From Gammaproteobacteria bacterium (GTDB lineage: Bacteria > Pseudomonadota > Gammaproteobacteria > JAKEHO01), in assembly GCA_027296625.1 (NCBI GenBank), contig JAPUIX010000158.1, forward strand, positions 232-64,231: a stretch of 64,000 nt of DNA. The letters are read 5' to 3'. Under the pieces are notes generated by a model. That model was given only the letters and a program-made list of their open reading frames with translations. It made no database searches and was not told the origin of the DNA. Below, piece after piece: positions 60,710 to 64,000 of the stretch. The position numbers and the translations under genes were made by a program. How positions within the stretch are numbered: the stretch's first letter is position 1; each line of letters begins with the position of its first letter.

Positions 60710-62222
60710 AACTCTGTTTTTCCTGCCGATCGAGCTGTAACAGCTTGAAAGGCAGGGAAAACTTGGTGGTTCCAAAACCTTCGCTGACGGAGTACTCAAT
60801 CGGTCCCGTAAACATCAGTGACTGAATGATTCGTCGTTGCTCTAAATTTCCGTTATTCCATAGTTGATGCGGCCGACCCAGGAAGTCGAAGACTCGTTGC
60901 AACGCGGTTCCAAATTCTTCGTCGCCTGGCGCGTTACGTTCCGCTGCTGCAGACTCCTGCCGCTTCTCTGACTCCAATGCGTCAATACGCGCCTCCAGGC
61001 GCTTCATGACAGATGCACTACTCGAGCTTACGAGTTGGTCCAAAAGGCGATCGATATTCGCGTCAATCGCTATACATGCCTGCCTCGCACTTTTTCTGCG
61101 GACGGCCAAGCTATTCTCTCGTTCTGCCCAGACCTCTTCAGTAACACGTTTCGCCAGCCTAACTACGCCGGGTTTTGGGCAAACGGACTGCAAAAAATGC
61201 GAAAAATCGGTTTCGAGGCGCTTTTTGGGGATGCTTTTCTTTTCTTCGGGGCAGAATTTCGTGTTGGGACAACGATAGTACGGATACTTTTTCGTCCTTC
61301 CTGTGCTCCATGACCCCGTCAGCGGCGTACCACAACCACCGCAGAGAACGTGGTTTCGCAAGGGGAAATCATGCGCGAGGTTGCTCTTGGTGGGCGCACG
61401 ACGCCTCCCAGCAAGCCGTTTCTGGACCTTCTCAAATACTGCGCGAGAGATCAGAGGCTCATGATGACCCACCCGCTCGCAAATGCCCCAACGCTCGTAT
61501 TCGATTGCACCCGCATAGATCCGCCTTGTAAGAATACGCTTTGCCTCCTCGACAGTCGGGATCATGGTCTTCATCGACCGATTCCGAAGACCACCATCCG
61601 CTAGGAAAGCCCTAGCATCCGATTGCGTCAGCAATTCGCCCGTGGAGAACTTGGTGAATAGTTCGGAAATTAGAATGGCATTCGGCTTATCAGGTACTAG
61701 CAACTTGCCGTGCCCCGAAATTTTCTTGTATCGATAGCCGCGTGGCGGTGCGAAAACCCAGTAACCAGCCTCTAGACGGGCCTTTTGCCTGGATATAACT
61801 CGCTCCCGATTCTTAAGTCGCTCAAATTCTCCGGTGGCGACAACGATCGTCTCAAAGTACTGACTTTCAGGGGTATCTTCAAAATTGAAGTTCACACACG
61901 CCAACTTGCTGCCCGCCCCCTGAATAGCGAGCTTAAGAGCCCGTGAGAGTGCGACGTCTCGTGCAAGCCTATTCAGATCGTCGATGATTACAACGTAACC
62001 ACGCTTCCTTTCTTCGAGATAGCTAGTCAGCGCGTAGAAAGCAGGTCTGTGTTCCGTACCGCCAGAGATCGCCTCGTCTCGAAAGACGTTTTCTACGAAT
62101 AGACCGTGCTCTTTCGCGTAGTCGCGGCACCTGGCTTCCTGGCCGTCCAGCCCGTGTCCGTGTCTCACTTGTTTGTCAGACGAGACACGGCAATAAATCA
62201 CTGCTTTATTGAAAGCGTCCAT
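60645..62222 (-). CDS. Large serine recombinase (integrase)
   Basis: Catalytic YCRVSS, recombinase domain, Zn ribbon CGGC...YYRC...C, coiled coil. The last 21 aa are encoded antisense to tmRNA. Confidence 0.93.
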   Translation of the reverse strand: MDAFNKAVIYCRVSSDKQVRHGHGLDGQEARCRDYAKEHGLFVENVFRDEAISGGTEHRPAFYALTSYLEERKRGYVVIIDDLNRLARDVALSRALKLAIQGAGSKLACVNFNFEDTPESQYFETIVVATGEFERLKNRERVISRQKARLEAGYWVFAPPRGYRYKKISGHGKLLVPDKPNAILISELFTKFSTGELLTQSDARAFLADGGLRNRSMKTMIPTVEEAKRILTRRIYAGAIEYERWGICERVGHHEPLISRAVFEKVQKRLAGRRRAPTKSNLAHDFPLRNHVLCGGCGTPLTGSWSTGRTKKYPYYRCPNTKFCPEEKKSIPKKRLETDFSHFLQSVCPKPGVVRLAKRVTEEVWAERENSLAVRRKSARQACIAIDANIDRLLDQLVSSSSASVMKRLEARIDALESEKRQESAAAERNAPGDEEFGTALQRVFDFLGRPHQLWNNGNLEQRRIIQSLMFTGPIEYSVSEGFGTTKFSLPFKLLQLDRQEKQSLVEAAGIEPASASTTPSALHA

Positions 62223-62251
62223 CAATTGAGATCACCGCGAAACGAACCCAT

Positions 62252-62752
62252 TTATTGCCGATTTGCACAGGTTGCAGACAGTTCCTTATTTAGCTTCAAG
62301 AATCGATTCTCGAGCGATACCTCGTAACGTTCATATAGGTCCATCACTCTTTCGATTTGCCCGGTAGTAATTGCCGGTTGATAACCCGGCGCAACGATTT
62401 CTCTTTCGCCAGGAAATTCAAATACAGGTTTTGATACCTCAGGATCATCGATTTGTAGCAAAAACTCGTTCACGGCAAACGACATCCGTCGCATCTGCAA
62501 GACGCAGAGCGCGATGCGCTCCACCAATACTTTCTGAACAAATCCCGCAGGCTCGTACTCCTCCGACAATTCGTCGCAGATAATTTTGTATGCAGGCAGC
62601 TCACCCTCCAAAATCCTATTCGACAGTCCGCCATGCTTGCAGGCATTCATTCGGGAAACCATCTTGCCGGGCACTGTCTTCACACCGCCCTTTTTCGCAT
62701 TCCGACGATTCGCCTCTAGTTGTTTGGTAGACACTCGATCATTGCCGGTCAT
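62252..62752 (-). CDS. Hypothetical mobile-element protein with ANRRNA...NAxKHG motif
   Basis: GGGAGG SD; basic N-terminal motif recurrent in element/phage proteins; helical C-terminus. Confidence 0.75.
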   Translation of the reverse strand: MTGNDRVSTKQLEANRRNAKKGGVKTVPGKMVSRMNACKHGGLSNRILEGELPAYKIICDELSEEYEPAGFVQKVLVERIALCVLQMRRMSFAVNEFLLQIDDPEVSKPVFEFPGEREIVAPGYQPAITTGQIERVMDLYERYEVSLENRFLKLNKELSATCANRQ

Positions 62753-62891
62753 TTGTATCTACCTCCCTCGTCAGCTCATTCAAAATATTCGTCGCAATGG
62801 CAATCAACGTATTGCGAATCTGCTCAATCTCAGCGTCTGACAAATCGCAGTCACCGAGCAGCTTCCTGCATTCCTTCACATCTGGGCCCAT
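62739..62891 (-). CDS. Small 50-aa helical protein (absent from ORF track)
   Basis: Hand translation MGPDVKECRKLLGDCDLSDAEIEQIRNTLIAIATNILNELTREVDTNDRQ; GGAG SD; overlaps the next start by 14 nt. Confidence 0.65.
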   Translation of the reverse strand: MGPDVKECRKLLGDCDLSDAEIEQIRNTLIAIATNILNELTREVDTNDRQ

Positions 62892-62976
62892 ACCGAACTC
62901 CGGGTATGAATCCAGCTCTGAGGATTTCAGTAGCCAGACGAATGGTTATCGATGATTGGGGGGTTCCCATATCGTT

Positions 62977-63819
62977 TTAAGCCTTTATCGACTCTATAAC
63001 TTCTGTTAGAACGGCCTTACCTTTCTGGACTTTCACTGTGAACTCACCGAACTCCATACTCCGCGCCAGCTGGTCAAGCTTGGACGCGGCCCTGCCTTTT
63101 CTTGATCTACACTTGATTCGCTCAATCTTTCCGTCTGAACCGTGTATTTCGACGACGTCATACCGCCCTGATCGCACAGATTCGATTATCGAAAGCTCTT
63201 TATCTGTCAGCTCGTGTTTTACGCGAAATTGTGGGAGTCGCATATTCGGCAGTACAGCCTTACAGCATTGGTTTAGATCAATAACCAGGTACGACTTCGT
63301 GTTGAGGTGTCCCGATGACATACAAAGCTCAAAGTTGGTTTGGTCAATGACCTCCGCCCATCCATCGCTGAAGCTAACAAGCAGAAATCGCGCAGGATCT
63401 ATCGCCAAGCAGTGTGTGACTGCATATTCAAACTCGGGCCTTGTGACCGACGGTTTGCCGGGAACCTCAAAAATTGCGCGGCGCGCGATCTTCAATGATT
63501 CCAGCGGCACACCAAACTTTCTCAGATCTGCCAGAACCTTTATCCAGACCAGGTCCAAGAAACTGAGCCGTCTCCAGCCCTCGCTGGTCTTTCTAGACTT
63601 GTCTTCGATCAGACCAGCTTCCGCCCAGTGGTTTATCACCCGATAGGTGGCCCCAGAGTCCTTCACGGTGTGGATCTTCTTGTTTACAAGGTCGCTGACC
63701 CGCTGAAATTCGGATCGTGTCTTGGAGACGTACTCCGCTACGCTGATATCCCAACCAGTGCCTCGAAAGAGGCGGTTCGGCTTCGTCGTCGGTACTTTCT
63801 GTCGGGTTGTCGGGTTCAT
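62977..63819 (-). CDS. MerR-type HTH DNA-binding protein
   Basis: TYRVINHWAEAGLI...GWRRLSFLDLVWIKVLADLRKFGVPLESLK is a MerR HTH; C-terminal part unrecognised. Confidence 0.75.
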   Translation of the reverse strand: MNPTTRQKVPTTKPNRLFRGTGWDISVAEYVSKTRSEFQRVSDLVNKKIHTVKDSGATYRVINHWAEAGLIEDKSRKTSEGWRRLSFLDLVWIKVLADLRKFGVPLESLKIARRAIFEVPGKPSVTRPEFEYAVTHCLAIDPARFLLVSFSDGWAEVIDQTNFELCMSSGHLNTKSYLVIDLNQCCKAVLPNMRLPQFRVKHELTDKELSIIESVRSGRYDVVEIHGSDGKIERIKCRSRKGRAASKLDQLARSMEFGEFTVKVQKGKAVLTEVIESIKA

Positions 63820-63825
63820 GCAACG

Positions 63826-63854
63826 AAAATATACACATTCGTACAATTTGTCAA
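63826..63854 (-). promoter_or_regulatory. sigma70 promoter giving a probably leaderless mRNA for the MerR-type gene
   Basis: TTGACA-17 nt-TATTTT, then 6 nt, then ATG; no SD. Confidence 0.55.
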
Positions 63855-64000
63855 ATCTATACATACCTGTTCAATTTGGGAAACCAAAGGCCTTTCGGTA
63901 AATGGCCGGCAACCATGCCCGTACTCACTGCCCCAACAGCCCAAAAACGCGCTTTCCCAAAAAAGTCCTTCACTTCGCCGGCCACGGGCTCAGTCAGCGT

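Larger units (their letters stand above)
60645..64000. mobile_element. Left end of an integrative element inserted at the ssrA 3' end (continues past the window)
   Basis: Integrase abuts and overlaps the tmRNA 3' end, followed by non-core genes; attR is not in the window. Confidence 0.85.

Noticed and set aside
60422-60799. 125-aa ORF antisense to tmRNA
   Set aside because: WRRRESNPRP is the usual artefact of translating a T-arm antisense; it is out of frame with the integrase.
63038-63646. 202-aa plus-strand ORF in the element
   Set aside because: Shadow of the MerR-type gene.

Overview
This is 64 kb of a gammaproteobacterial chromosome, probably from a Chromatiales-like or uncultured lineage (inferred from gene order and from hrcA, metZ, dapC and fimV). 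Most of it is core housekeeping operons: pyrG-kdsA-eno-ftsB-ispD-ispF; leuB-asd-fimV-ecfT-truA-trpFBA-accD-folC-dedD-cvpA-purF-metZ; dapC-dapD; hrcA-grpE-dnaK-dnaJ-dapB-carAB-greA-rlmE-ftsH-glmM; and nadK-recN-fur-bamE-ratB-ratA-smpB-ssrA. Two accessory regions stand out. (1) A one-carbon assimilation module at about 7.2-17.9 kb: a serine-cycle operon (sgaA-mcl-mtkA-mtkB-hprA-ppc) convergent with a formate-THF ligase that resembles the sulfate-reducer type. A 470-bp spacer upstream of fhs holds a candidate multi-stem RNA. (2) The left end of a mobile element inserted at the 3' end of tmRNA. Its large serine recombinase has no stop codon of its own; its last 21 residues are read from the antisense strand of the tmRNA gene. 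Regulatory signals read directly from the sequence include a SAM-II riboswitch with a terminator/antiterminator platform before metZ, attenuator-like leaders before pyrG and carA, a CIRCE element and sigma-32 promoters. All family assignments come from motif recognition; no database search was run.
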